Below, piece after piece: positions 9,201 to 20,000 of a stretch of 20,000 nucleotides of DNA (position 1 is the stretch's first letter; each line of letters opens with the position of its first letter). The notes beneath the pieces are model-generated. The model was not told the DNA's origin, did not search any database, and saw only the letters and a program-made list of their open reading frames with translations. The stretch is taken from assembly GCA_051047955.1 (NCBI GenBank), contig JBPGPT010000016.1:355383-375382 (forward strand). The letters are read 5' to 3'. The translations under genes and the position numbers were made by a program. Origin of the DNA: Cystobasidiomycetes sp. EMM_F5. Lineage: Eukaryota.

Positions 9201-11707
9201 ACCGAGCTTGTCGTACCTCCTTGAGACTTTCAAGGTAGAAGTGTAGCCGTTGCGGGTCCGATGCAATTTGGGCATTATATGCAAACACTAGGCCCTCGTT
9301 TGATGTTTCCGGTACTATTCCTAGGATTGCATATGCACGATTGAAGACATTGTCGTTGCTCCACGTATCGTGAGGAGGCGCGAATGCTGGGCTTTTGCCG
9401 AAGAGATTTTGCGCCAGATCGATTGCAGGGCTCAAGCTGACAAGTTGAGACGGGTTTTGGTGATTGTTGATATTGGCGATACCGGTGTCCGAAACCGCAA
9501 GATCACTAATTAGCTTGGCGCACCAGATGGATATTTCCAGGAAGGCCCTGGTCAGCACGAGGATGACCGATTCGGTCATTACCGGTGGCGCTAGTACCTC
9601 CTTCTTATCGGTGCCCAGTATCGACCTGAAGCCGAGCTGCTTAAAAATGTCCAGCCTGAGCGCAGAATTACTCAGCTCGACCTTTGCAATCATACAACAT
9701 TGTCTTACGCGGATTGACCGGTGCCCATACGTTTTGTAAAAGTAGCACCAGACCTGGGGATGTGTGCACTGTTGCCGTTGAAGAGCAAGTTGCGCAAGAC
9801 CTTCCATATATAGTCTACTGCCTCTCGGAAATCCATCTGAACATCGCGAGCTTCGCTAAACGTCGAATTCAATGAATGAGACCCGCCAGCCCGTCGTATC
9901 GCAAGTAATTCTGCCATTCTCTCGCTTTGGAACCGTGAGCATACATCGTACCCCAGGACGCTCGGTATTGCGTTATGAAGTGGAGTCACGGCAATTGCTC
10001 TCCTACACCCGTCACAGATCATCGCATCTAACCAGTACTCTCGCGGTGTGGTCGGAACAGACCAGCACGGATCTGTGGAATTACCAGGCTCAACCCAGGG
10101 CTCGACTGAAGGTCCAGCGAAGCCGTCCAAGCCAGGCCGCTGTACTGAAGATGTTCGCAGAATATACTTTGGATCGACGCACTGCGATCGACGGATGTAG
10201 TGGTGCGCCAACCGTGACTCCATCTTGCGGGACGAATCGCCGGGACAGCGGTCCGATGTCTTGTCAAAGTTTACGTTGGAATTGTTGAGAGAAGGAATGG
10301 GTGTCATGAGTAGCCAAGCGTGTCTTCGTGAATCGTACAATGCATGCGGGTGAGGCACGTGCATTTTCAGTTCGCGAGCTGATTTAATGTAGGCTGTAAC
10401 CGGGGTATCGGGGGTGGCAGACGTTGCAGCAGAGACCTGCGAGCTCGTCGATGATTGTGGAGCACTTCCAATAGACGACTGAGGCATACTCATTGGGCGA
10501 GCGGTATTTAAAGCCTGTGAGTAGGAGAAGATCTTAGGCGGTGCTTGCGAAGTCTCGCTTTGAGTGGCGGACGATGCAAGATTTGCTTGTGCATTGATAA
10601 TAGTCGGTGATTGTGATGAGTTGGAAGACTGAGACACCTGCGCGGAGGCGGGCGTCGCCGGCAGCGCGCTTTTCGTACCCGAGATTGGTTTTTGAGCTTC
10701 AAACGATTCGATAATATCAACGGCAACGATACCAGAGGGAAATTTGGATGCACTGCCGGATGTTTCAGGTCCATTCCACTGTAGGACCGCTTCGAGCGTA
10801 AAGGCAGGGTTCTGAGAAGCGCCAGTGAGGGCGTACTGTAGCCAGCCGTGACCGGTCAGGTCGGTATCCTCTGCGGGCAGACCCTTGATGCGAGCGCCCC
10901 GGCCTCCATTAGCTGGTGTGCTTCTTACGTGCACGACATCGTCACCGCTTGACCGCCTTTGTGACGATGACGATCTGTTGTATCCGGGCGGGTGCAAGAC
11001 GGGTTTTGCATGATAAGTGCTTGAACTCTCTGTATCAGACTCTTCTGGGATATCGTCGTCGGCATCCAAATCTAGACCAACGCGAGGGAGGGAAGAACGC
11101 CTCTGTGGGTAGTGCTCGACTTGGACATCCTCGATAGGTACGGTCTGCGAGTCAATGAAACGGCGTTGCCCTGAGCTGCTTTGACCACTGCTTCTGCGAT
11201 AGAACTGGGACGGTGGAACGGGCGACGGGCTCGAAGCGGTCATCAGCATCCCTGTTGCGTAGCTGCTTGCTGGATACTGGTTTGGCTCGTCGGATATTAA
11301 TGTCCTCGCTGATGAAGCGACCTCTGGAGCCACGCCTATCGTAGACTGGGGGCTCGCATCTGCGGTGCCGGACTGCGACATTGTCAGTCTGTTGTTTGCG
11401 GTCGGCGTTGTTGACGATGATGCTTTAGACGATGATGCGACTCCTTCTCGAGCACTCCCAGAAGACGACGACCTGACGCGGCTCACTGAAGGCATGGCAG
11501 CGTCAACCATTGCTAGCCTGGGCGATGCATGGCTAGCTGTAGCAGGCATGCCGCTACTGGACTGTCGCTGGGGTCCAGCTGCATCACAGCGTCAACATCA
11601 GTTTGGCCCGGTCAGCCGTAATATCGAGCAGCCAGCTCACTCCCACCACTACTCCTGCGCCTGCTTCTGGGCTGCTCGACGTCGCCCAGCTCGTCATGCT
11701 GCGTCAT
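6300..11707 (-). CDS. UBP2: Ubiquitin-specific protease (USP/C19), Ubp2-type, about 1598 aa. Exons 11707-11641, 11578-9709, 9655-8758, 8704-8489, 8428-8293, 8240-7704, 7651-7616, 7560-7241, 7184-6975, 6919-6601, 6544-6486, 6428-6300
   Basis: Cys box PAGLQNIGNTCYLNSLLQ|YFFTI, motif G|RQNDVSEAMDN, LPPVLQIQLQ|RVQFDR, His box VFIHQGAAGYGHYY, WLKFNDS and ANPYWLSY. Two Ubp2-type RPT-like repeats (AYAILGI...ARSGS; EEALKLL...ARNSNAL). All introns are 52-62 nt GT-AG and in frame. The first small exon is less certain; the alternative start is ATG 11549. Confidence 0.92.
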
Positions 11708-12242
11708 GGCATTAGCAGGGTCGGCAGCCGTCTGAGCGGCCGCAGGTATCGCAAACCAACAGAGCATACAACGACACTACAACGACAAAGCAGCTGATAG
11801 AGGATATCTGAACGCTCTGCGTGCCCGCTGTGTTCACTTGGGCCATACTCGTGATGCTGGAACTATCGGTACAGCGAACGCAGGGCAACATCCGCGTACA
11901 GTGCTTCCACTTACGCTTGTGAGAGCAGGCTAGTATTCGGTGCAAGCTGTACCCAGCGCGAGTCGTGTGAAGCGTCTTAGCCCGCTATCGTCCGCTTTAG
12001 TGATCCGTCGGCGTCAGTTTCAATATCATGCGTCGCAGCGATTGCAGCATGTGCTTGCATTTCTAGGTTACATTTCAGCCTGCCACAGTCCACGTCTGTT
12101 GTCCGCTTTCTGACTACGCGAACACTAATTCCTGACGCAAACACTGCCATGTCGAGCCTGCCGTAGCTGCTTGGCTGCTGCTCACTGACTTCTGCGATTA
12201 TATCTGCCGGGTCCATCCCCGACCTTTCGATCATCAGCCGAG
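11708..12242. promoter_or_regulatory. Divergent intergenic region (535 nt) shared by UBP2 and the ABCC gene
   Basis: The two start codons (11707 on -, 12243 on +) are head-to-head. No specific motif identified. Confidence 0.5.
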
Positions 12243-15200
12243 ATGGCATCGTCTCTTCTATGTTCGCAAGATAGTGCTTTCGTACGTAACAAGAGTGGAA
12301 TGAATCAGCCCTGTGGATGGCAATCGACTAAATTGTCTTGTCCAAAAGGGTCCCGTGTCCCAATGCCGTTCTTTTGACTTTACGCTTCAATTCTCTTCCG
12401 CCATACTTTCGATATTGCCATCATGCCTGTTCCTTCTGATGATGGTCCCCGCGATCGTAAAGCTTGCACCGAGACAGCGTGTTATGCAACCTTTCACCTA
12501 TCTCCCCCGGAACGGGAAATGGCTGATTTGCAGCAAGATGAGTATGGCCGCGATAGCAGCGATAGCCGACCTTGTAGCCCTGGCTGCATGGTCGATCAGC
12601 AAGGGTCCTAGTTATCCAGCGTATGCGACAACCGTCTCTTCGCTGGTCTTGCGCATCGTCAGCTCGGTGAGTCGAGGTTGCTACTGGCTCGAAACGCAGC
12701 TCAAGTCCTCTATCCGGTACACTATCAGATATTGACGCTTCCGATGCTTTGGTTGGAGTTCTTCCGATGTCTCCATGGCTCACCAATCCTACCGCTCTTC
12801 TTCACGATAGTATCGCTATGCGATGCTTCGCGGGTCCGGACATTCGCCCTGCTAAACTTGGGTTACACTGGCGAAAGCAGCTCCGGATCATTGCTCTTCT
12901 TTGCTACGTTCACTATTGGATTTTCAGCCAGGATCATACTTTGGTTTCTCGAAACCGCGCCAAAGTATGCGTTTGTTGAGCGGGCAGAGGGAGACAAGGG
13001 TATTACCCACGAGGAGACTTCTTCTTTCTTTGCGCACTTGATGATCACTTCAGTCAATCCAGTCATGCTTCGAGGTTTTCGGACAGACCTCACTATCCAG
13101 TCGCTCGGTCCTATCCATTCAATGTACGATGCCGATCATCTCTACGAGAAAGGAGCTCCGCATTGGGAGAGGCATTGTGCCAGCGGCAAGAGCCGTCCCC
13201 TGCTCCGAACGATGTTTTCAGCATTTGGCGAAACTCTACTGGCGCCCATTCTACCGTGTATAATCTGCAGTCTGGCGCTCATCACGCAGCCGACCCTGAT
13301 TAGCAGTGTCATCAAATTTGTCGAATCCTACTCGACAGGAAATCCCGCAGATCGCCAGCCGGTCGCAAATGGGTGGGGCTTGGTCGGAGCTTACGCTTTG
13401 GTTTTCATCATCAGTACGTTGGCGTGGTCTTCTTTCCAAATGTCGGCTCTCAGAAGCGCGGTCGCTATGCGAGGCTTCCTGGTACAAATGATTTACAAGA
13501 AGGCTCTGCGTATACATGCAGACGTAGCCAAGGAGGTTGGCACAGGAGCATCGACCAGTTTGATGAGCGTGGACGTTGAGCGGATGATGCTCCAGATCGA
13601 GCCGCTGCATCTGCTTTATGCTAGTCTCATCATGGTAGCAGTCGGACTGATCATTCTCTACTACACAATCGGCATCGCTTTCGTATCAACAATCATCGTT
13701 GCTATAGCTTTCTTCCTGAGTTTGCCCTTCCTCACTCGACGCATACCGTCCTATCAAAAGTCTTGGTCAGCTCAAACTGATCTTCGCGTTCGCCTGGTCA
13801 ACTCTGTCATTCGGAGTATCAAGGCAGTCAAATTATCCGGGTACGAAAAGGTCCTCGTGCAAAAGATTCTGACCATACGCGAGTCGGAAATGGCATGCAT
13901 GATTACGTACTTTATCAGCTTGGTCGTTGTTGCCGCACGTAAGTCACAAGACACCCGGAAACCTGTGTGCACCAATAGCTGATGTCTCGGTGTGTAGTTA
14001 CAAATTGGTTGAAAGGTCTCCTGTCTCTGGCTACCCTTATTACATATACGATAATATCGCTACACTCCGACACGGCACAAGTCAGTACCGCTACCTTCTT
14101 TACTACCATAGCAGTACTCGGCGTTATTACGGACCCGCTTCTCGTAGTTGGGCAACGTTACGCAGCCATAATGGCAGCATCTGCGTCCCTGGCTCGTATA
14201 CAGGAATTCCTACAAATGCCAGAGAGGAAGGACGACCGAGTCAATGCCGAGACGATAAAAGCGGAAAACCTTGCGCTGGGTCATGAGAGTATCACCATAT
14301 TGCAGAAGATGACATTTGAAGTGCCAAAAGACGCCTTGACCATGATTGTGGGACAAGTCGGCGCGGGCAAGTCTACCTTGTTACATGGTCTTCTGGGAGA
14401 GGTCAACATACTGCAAGGTACCTTGGCGTTTCCAAAGCACGTCTCCGTTGGTTTTTGTTCGCAAGATGCCTGGCTCCGACCGGGCGATAGTGTTCGACAA
14501 AACATCACGTTCATCAGTCCTTTTCACCCTGCCCTGTACCGTGTGGTAGTTAAGGCTTGTGCTCTTGACGTCGATTTCCGTATCTGGCCAGAAGGAGACA
14601 AGCAGAAAGCACAGGGTTTATCTGGAGGTCAACGTGCTCGCATTGCACTCGCTCGGACTATCTACAGCAGACCTGACATCCTTTTACTCGATGACGTCTT
14701 CTCGGCGCTCGACAAGCAGACGGAGGAACATATTCACACATGCCTTTTTGGCGCGAACGGGCTGCTGCGTGGCAAATCCGTCATTATGGTGACCAACGGC
14801 CTACATCGTCTGCGCGACGCAGAGCATATCGTGCTTCTGGAGAATGGCACTGTTGGACAACAAGGCTCATTCGAGCAGCTATCTACCTCTCCAGGCGCCG
14901 TCAAGGACTTACTGTCAGTGATTTCTGCGGACAGCGAGCACCGAAGTTCCAGTAAAGCCCAGCCGAACTTTACGGAAGATGCCGCCAGTTCATACATCAA
15001 TTCACTGGCAGCATCGGTCGATGAGATTGAAGCCGAAATGGCAGCAGAAGTGTCGCAGAAGAGTCCTTTGATTGCGTTCTTCACGTCGGGTGGTGTCAGC
15101 TATTTCGTACTTGCATCAGTTCTGATGGCTGCTATGTCCGCTCTGCCTGGAGTGATTCCTGTTTACATTCAAGTAAGTGAAAGGAGATACTCGCTTTCTA

Positions 15201-17479
15201 TCGTGCGCACAATGTTCTAATGCTGGCTTAGGCATGGACGACTGCCGTACAAGCTGATCAGGGCCGAATGCTGACTTACCTTGGCGGCTAGTGAGTGGTA
15301 CTCAGTGTTAATGGTGGTACCGTGCCACGCGAAGCTGAGTCGTTTCTTCTGAAAAGCATCGCCATTGAGATTGGATACATCCTATTATTCTGCCTTGCCT
15401 TAGTATACTGGTATCTCGTGTACTCTAAGAACATGAGCCGACGACTACATCGGCAGGAAGTAATAAGTATCATGAAGTAAGTTCAGTAGCCATCGGCATT
15501 CTGCGTTGCGCGTCTGAACATTATATTCGGCAGCACTCCTCTCAGTTATTTTGAGGACAAGCCCATCGGACGCATTTTGTCGCGCTTCTCGCAAGATGTT
15601 TTCGTAATGGATTCTCAAGTTGGTAACAGCTGGAACAATTTTTTCGGACTTGGCGTCGAGATGATCGTCAACATTATTGTTCTGACAATAGCGGGTAAAT
15701 GATCTGGTGGCCATGGCTTGCTTTGCTCGCTAATCATTGAAACCAGCCCCCTACGTCGGTATCGTGCTCGGAGTGACAGTGGCGCTATGCATCCTTGTTC
15801 AGCGATTTTATGTAGTAAGCCGCACTCATACACTATGATATACATGATCTAAGCCGACTGGCAGAGGACAAGCCGACAAGTAAGGCGCATGGACTTCATC
15901 GCAAAGTCTCCTCTGTATACTCTTTTCGCCGAAACGTACGTCTGCAATTGAATGCGGGAAAGGTTGGTCCGGTCTGCTGATCCCAAACTCTGCAGAATGG
16001 ATGCCAACGGCGTCAAAACCATTAGGGCGGTTCGTGCGCAAGAAGAACTCAGTAAACTTGCGGTCGCGAAAAGCAATACTTCTCAGGTGCCATATTGTAG
16101 GTGTGCAAAGTCCTTTAGGCGGACATCGCTATATCTGTCTGCATGCAGATTTGACAAACGCTCTGAAGAAGTGGCTTAATCTCGTCTTGGGTGCCATCGT
16201 CACCATCATCAACTGCATGTTGGTGACTATAGCGGTTATCAATCGGGAAAGCACATCCTCAGGCATACTTGCGGTTGCACTTGTTCAAGCCACGTCACTT
16301 GTTCAAACCCTTAATCAGACTATAGTCAATGCTGCTGACGTGAGTAAATGCCGTACGTGAGATCTACATGGCATTGAAAGAGCAACCGTGCAGTTCGAAA
16401 CTTCCCTCGTATCGATTTCCCGCATACAAGAGACGATCGAGCTACCTTCAGAAGAAGACAACGACCAAAACGGTGCTCAATACGAAGATCCAGTCGAAAT
16501 GGGGAAGATAGATTTACTGGAAGATATGAAGATGGATTCAATGAAAACCGCCGCGAATTGGATTACGTCCGGATCCATCCGCTTTCAAGCTGTGACATTG
16601 CGATACCGCCCAGATTTGCCGCCCGCCTTGGACGAAGTCACGTTCCGAGTACAAGGAGGTCGCAAAGTGGGTATCGTCGGTCGGTCAGGTTGTGGAAAGA
16701 GCACATGCTTGAGTGCTCTGTTCAGAATGGTTCGTACTGCACTACAGCCAAGGCAATGGCAATGGTCGCTTATCGTGACTTCCAATTTACAGATGGAGAT
16801 TGCATCGGGCGGCATATACATTGATGGCGTAGATATCCGTTCTTTATCCCGACAGGCCTTGCGAGAAGCAATGACAATCATACCGCAAGACCCACTCATG
16901 CTGGAATTGAGTGTACGGGATAATCTGGACATCGAAGGCGTTAAATCCGATCAGGAGATCTGGACGGCCCTGGAGCAAACGCAGACAAAGGCGCTAATTG
17001 AAAGTCTGCCGGAAAAACTAGATACAATGGTGACAGGCGATGGAGGCAATTTCTCGTGAGTTTACTTTGCACCTAAAGTCTGACTGGCAACGCGCTGAAG
17101 TGTGCAACTTGTGGCTAGTCGCGGCGAACGTCAATTATTGGCATTAGCTCGCGGCCTCCTGAGAAACCGGCAGATTCTCGTTCTCGATGAAGCTTCAAGT
17201 AGTCTGGATGTCGCGACAGACGCCACCATGCAGACAGTCCTTCGCTCAGCCTTCAAAGGACGTACTATACTGGCTGTGGCGCACCGCCTAAACACCTTAC
17301 TAGACTACGACGATATCATCGTTCTGAGTAAAGGCAAGGTCGTCGAGCAAGGCGCACCTGGTCAGCTGCTCACGAATAAGAACAGCACCTTCTCCTACAT
17401 GGTCAGAGGAGAACTGGCCGCAGATGACGCAGAAGTCGATGATGAAGCGGAGATTATGGAGTATCTGCAGTCAGGTTGA
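12243..17479 (+). CDS. Full-length ABCC/MRP-type ABC transporter (TMD0-TMD1-NBD1-TMD2-NBD2), about 1490 aa. Exons 12243-12281, 12349-12666, 12729-13938, 13998-15172, 15232-15290, 15357-15476, 15534-15694, 15747-15814, 15865-15935, 15996-16096, 16149-16339, 16394-16729, 16793-17055, 17119-17479
   Basis: N-terminus CSQDSAF|GPVSQCRSFDFTLQF is typical of fungal ABCC TMD0. NBD1 has GQVGAGKST, LSGGQRARIALAR and LLLDD. TMD2 has PIGRILSRFSQD and SRQVRRMD..AKSPLY. NBD2 has GRSGCGKST, FS|RGERQ, ILVLDEASS and AHRL. Exon lengths sum to 4473 nt, in frame. Confidence 0.95.
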
Positions 17480-17655
17480 AAAAGGAAAAGCTCTTAACGC
17501 TTCAAACATCAGGAATTTGCGAAGACTGGTAAATACATCTTGCGATTTATATGGCCGCTATACACAAAGAGCGTCATACATCACGCGGAAACGGAATGGT
17601 ATGGCACAACAGGCAACAACATCAACCGCCTTTATCTATAGCCACTGCAATTCAC

Positions 17656-18798
17656 TCAGAAATCATCGTCCATCATACCAGCCGCAATCTCAACTTTCTG
17701 ACCGGGTTCGAATGCCGGCAGACCCAGATATGGACAAGAGGAACACCGGAAAGCATCACCAAGGTAACAGCTGCCGCATGAGCTGGTGACTGCACCGGTT
17801 GAAATTACCTGAACTTGCGATTTACCGCCCTTGTCAACGCCAGAAACTGCACGACCATTTGTTGCGGGAGACGCTGCAGGTTCAGCTGAGATGGAAGCCG
17901 GAAGGTCGTCCTTTTCCTGCAAAAGAATTTCCCGTAGGCCGCACGAGCAATTCTTGCACGCCTTTCTCGTCCTCTTGACGTCACAATCCGGCCGCTGTAC
18001 CGCAGTTGCTCGCTTCAGGTCTTCTGCTGATAACAGCGTAGATTCGTCGATGGTGGGTGTGTGGGATCCACTGCCTTCGGCCGATGAAGTCGAATCCGTG
18101 AATGCCCACAAAGCTTTGCGAGCTGCGACTGCCGCTGGATCACGCTTCCTGAGTGAACGTAGCGGTAGCGCAGATATGCGAGCTGGTGCTATTGCCGTAA
18201 CCTGTGAATACGGGTGGGCATGCACATCACAGGACGGCACGGCGAGAGCAGTAGAATGTGGCGATCAATGCTTGGTCAGCTTTACAAAGTAGCAAACCCT
18301 TGGTTGAAGCTTCAACGCTACAGGACTTCACGTACGCTTTCCTCCTCTGCTTTCGCTTGCCGATACCCGTTGCCTTGTAGAGTATCGACCACTTCTTGCC
18401 GCACATTTGCGTCGAGTAGAGTCCTCACAACAATTGACGGGGTATTCGAACCAGCGTTATTGAGTGACGGCGTGACCAGAGGCAGAAGCTTCCGCAGCGT
18501 CGTCACGACCGTCGCAGCTGGCAAGAGCACGACAAATGAGTCAAACCTTTGCTCAGGAAGAACAGCAGCTGCAGCATAAATGATCCGCATTAGTTTTTAA
18601 ACCCTTCGTGACAATGTCTGGCAATGGCTACGCACCTCCGTCGATTATCCGGTCGCACATTTCCGTCCGTACGTCTTGTCCGGCCTGCTTGAATTGCTGG
18701 ACCAAATCTTGGAACGATTGATCTCTCGTCTGGTCCATTGACGAAACGAGCAGTGTATGCGTTGCTGTGCCATTGGTTGCGGGCATATCGAGTGCCAT
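17656..18798 (-). CDS. DRE2: Fe-S cluster assembly protein Dre2/anamorsin (CIAPIN1), about 313 aa. Exons 18798-18636, 18568-18336, 18201-17656
   Basis: Both diagnostic motifs are present: CX8CX2CXC ([15 protein letters not shown]) and CX2CX7CX2C ([15 protein letters not shown]), followed by [18 protein letters not shown] linker and N-terminal EMCDRIIDG. Confidence 0.95.
18303..18316. repeat. Perfect 14-bp palindrome GTTGAAGCTTCAAC within DRE2 intron 2
   Basis: The sequence is its own reverse complement. Confidence 0.85.
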
Positions 18799-19034
18799 GA
18801 CTAATGCCTGCTACGTCGTTCGCAACAACAAACCCGTCAAAACCGGACTGCGCGACTCCTGATTTGTGATCCAATCATGTGGCGGAGGATGGACAGAAAA
18901 CTGCCTACAATCAATCGCACTTCTATGCACATGTGGACTGCTGGAGTCCGTAGGACAGCACTCTGATAAACCGAATTCACTCTTAATTCGAAATGCTCCG
19001 TCGAATGCAATGTGACAAGCAATACTATAGACAT

Positions 19035-20000
19035 TTAGGCTAAAGGGTTGAAAGGAAGGTAGCCACGACATCTAAGTATCTCCGTCAATTGCTCGCCATG
19101 CACGACTTCAGCAATTCGGACTCACTTGTTGCTGCCGCACTGACACACCGTCCCACTGACGAAGGGCGTACTCTCCGGCTTTTGCCTATGGAAAAGCCAG
19201 GACTCGCCGCCAGCGTCTTCATAGTCCCAGGTTAGTTCCTCACCCTCCGCAATGTCACGGACAGCGAATAGAGCTGGAATTGGAATGAGCCAACCCATAA
19301 TTCGGATTGGAAGGATGACGTGCGAGGCCAGAGGTGGACAAGCGTGATCTATCAGAATGGTCCCGCTTCAGTCTGCTCACCAAGCTGGAGGTTCTGCCAT
19401 ACTCACTCATGAATCTTCCAACGTTTCCTCTTTTCCTGGGGTCCACGATAGTCTTGAGTACTTGGTCATTGTCCTGGATTTCGCGAATCACCAATATGTA
19501 GTTGCCTTCCCGCGTGCGCTTCTGATTTTGCCATCTAAGGTCGGCCTCAACACTTGGAATCAGCTCTCCTGCGTAAAGGCAGAGAAAGCTGCCACTTCTG
19601 ATAGACTGTTGTGCATACAGTCCAAAGCCTTTGTGTGTTGTCCAGCAGACCGCAAGTTTGGTACTGGCGAGTGAGAGGTCACTAAGCTGGACTTGGAAGG
19701 AGCGCAGGATGAGCCGCGACGTACGAGATTGGTTTTTGCACTACGTGATTGTAACATGCGCTTCCACACCGACAGTGGGTTGAGCATTCGTGCAAAGCCA
19801 CTCGATTCGGTAAGGCATCGAAATTGATGCGTCCATTGTTGCCGTAGAAACAGCCTGAGGAATCCGTTAGACGTTACATCTCGAGCCGTGTGCGCCCTGT
19901 ATCTACCATAAGTCTGCGTGCAGCTGCAGTCTGCGCACGGTCTGGTACACCTTTCCGGGTCGTCAGTCTGACGATCAGCAGCAGCAGCTTCGCACTCGCA
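19035..20000 (-). CDS. Pre-SET/SET/post-SET histone-lysine methyltransferase, SETMAR-like; 5'-truncated. Exons 20000-19907, 19854-19725, 19663-19407, 19348-19126, 19071-19035
   Basis: Pre-SET cysteines CEC...C...CSC...ECSTHCRCGSACYNHVVQ. SET motifs KGFGL, YAGELI, NYILVIRE, VDPRKRGNVGRFMN|HAC and GEELTWDY. Post-SET CQCGSNK|CRGYLP. Introns are 52-61 nt. Confidence 0.92.

Noticed and set aside
16730..16792. Apparent 21-aa insertion in NBD2 within ORF 16388..17059
   Set aside because: It is a 63-nt in-frame GTTCGT...ACAG intron. Removing it restores LFRM-MEIASG.
17831..18579. Plus-strand ORFs of 153 and 121 aa
   Set aside because: They are antisense to the well-supported DRE2 exons and show no independent signal.
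19122..19124. In-frame TGA exactly where the third post-SET Cys is expected (CQCGSNK*), suggesting selenocysteine or readthrough
   Set aside because: The TGA is part of a GTGAGT donor. Splicing 19125-19072 restores K-CRGYLP with a normal TGT codon.
1..20000. Functional gene cluster (F-box with DUB; H1 with SET; ABCC with Dre2)
   Set aside because: The thematic pairings are plausible by chance in a gene-dense genome. No shared motif or biosynthetic core gene was seen, and conserved synteny would be needed.

Overview
Compact, intron-rich eukaryotic DNA. It is most consistent with a basidiomycete fungus: introns are mostly 50-67 nt with GTRAGY/GTACGT donors, CTRAY-like branch sites and YAG/AAG acceptors. 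Manual splicing gives seven protein-coding genes. (1-2) Two tandem, divergent F-box/LRR-like paralogues on + (the first is 5'-truncated). (3) An 8-exon linker histone H1 on + with a GC-AG first intron. (4) A 12-exon Ubp2-type deubiquitinase on -. (5) A 14-exon ABCC/MRP transporter on +. (6) DRE2/anamorsin on -. (7) A 5'-truncated SETMAR-like pre-SET/SET/post-SET methyltransferase on -. I see no CRISPR array, recognisable transposase, rRNA or canonical tRNA. The most interesting unexplained signals are a ~95-nt self-complementary intergenic element ending in T5 upstream of H1 (candidate ncRNA), unusually long H1 introns including a candidate poison exon, and a SETMAR-like enzyme with Trp at the F/Y switch position. 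All gene models were built by eye and are not confirmed by transcripts or database searches.
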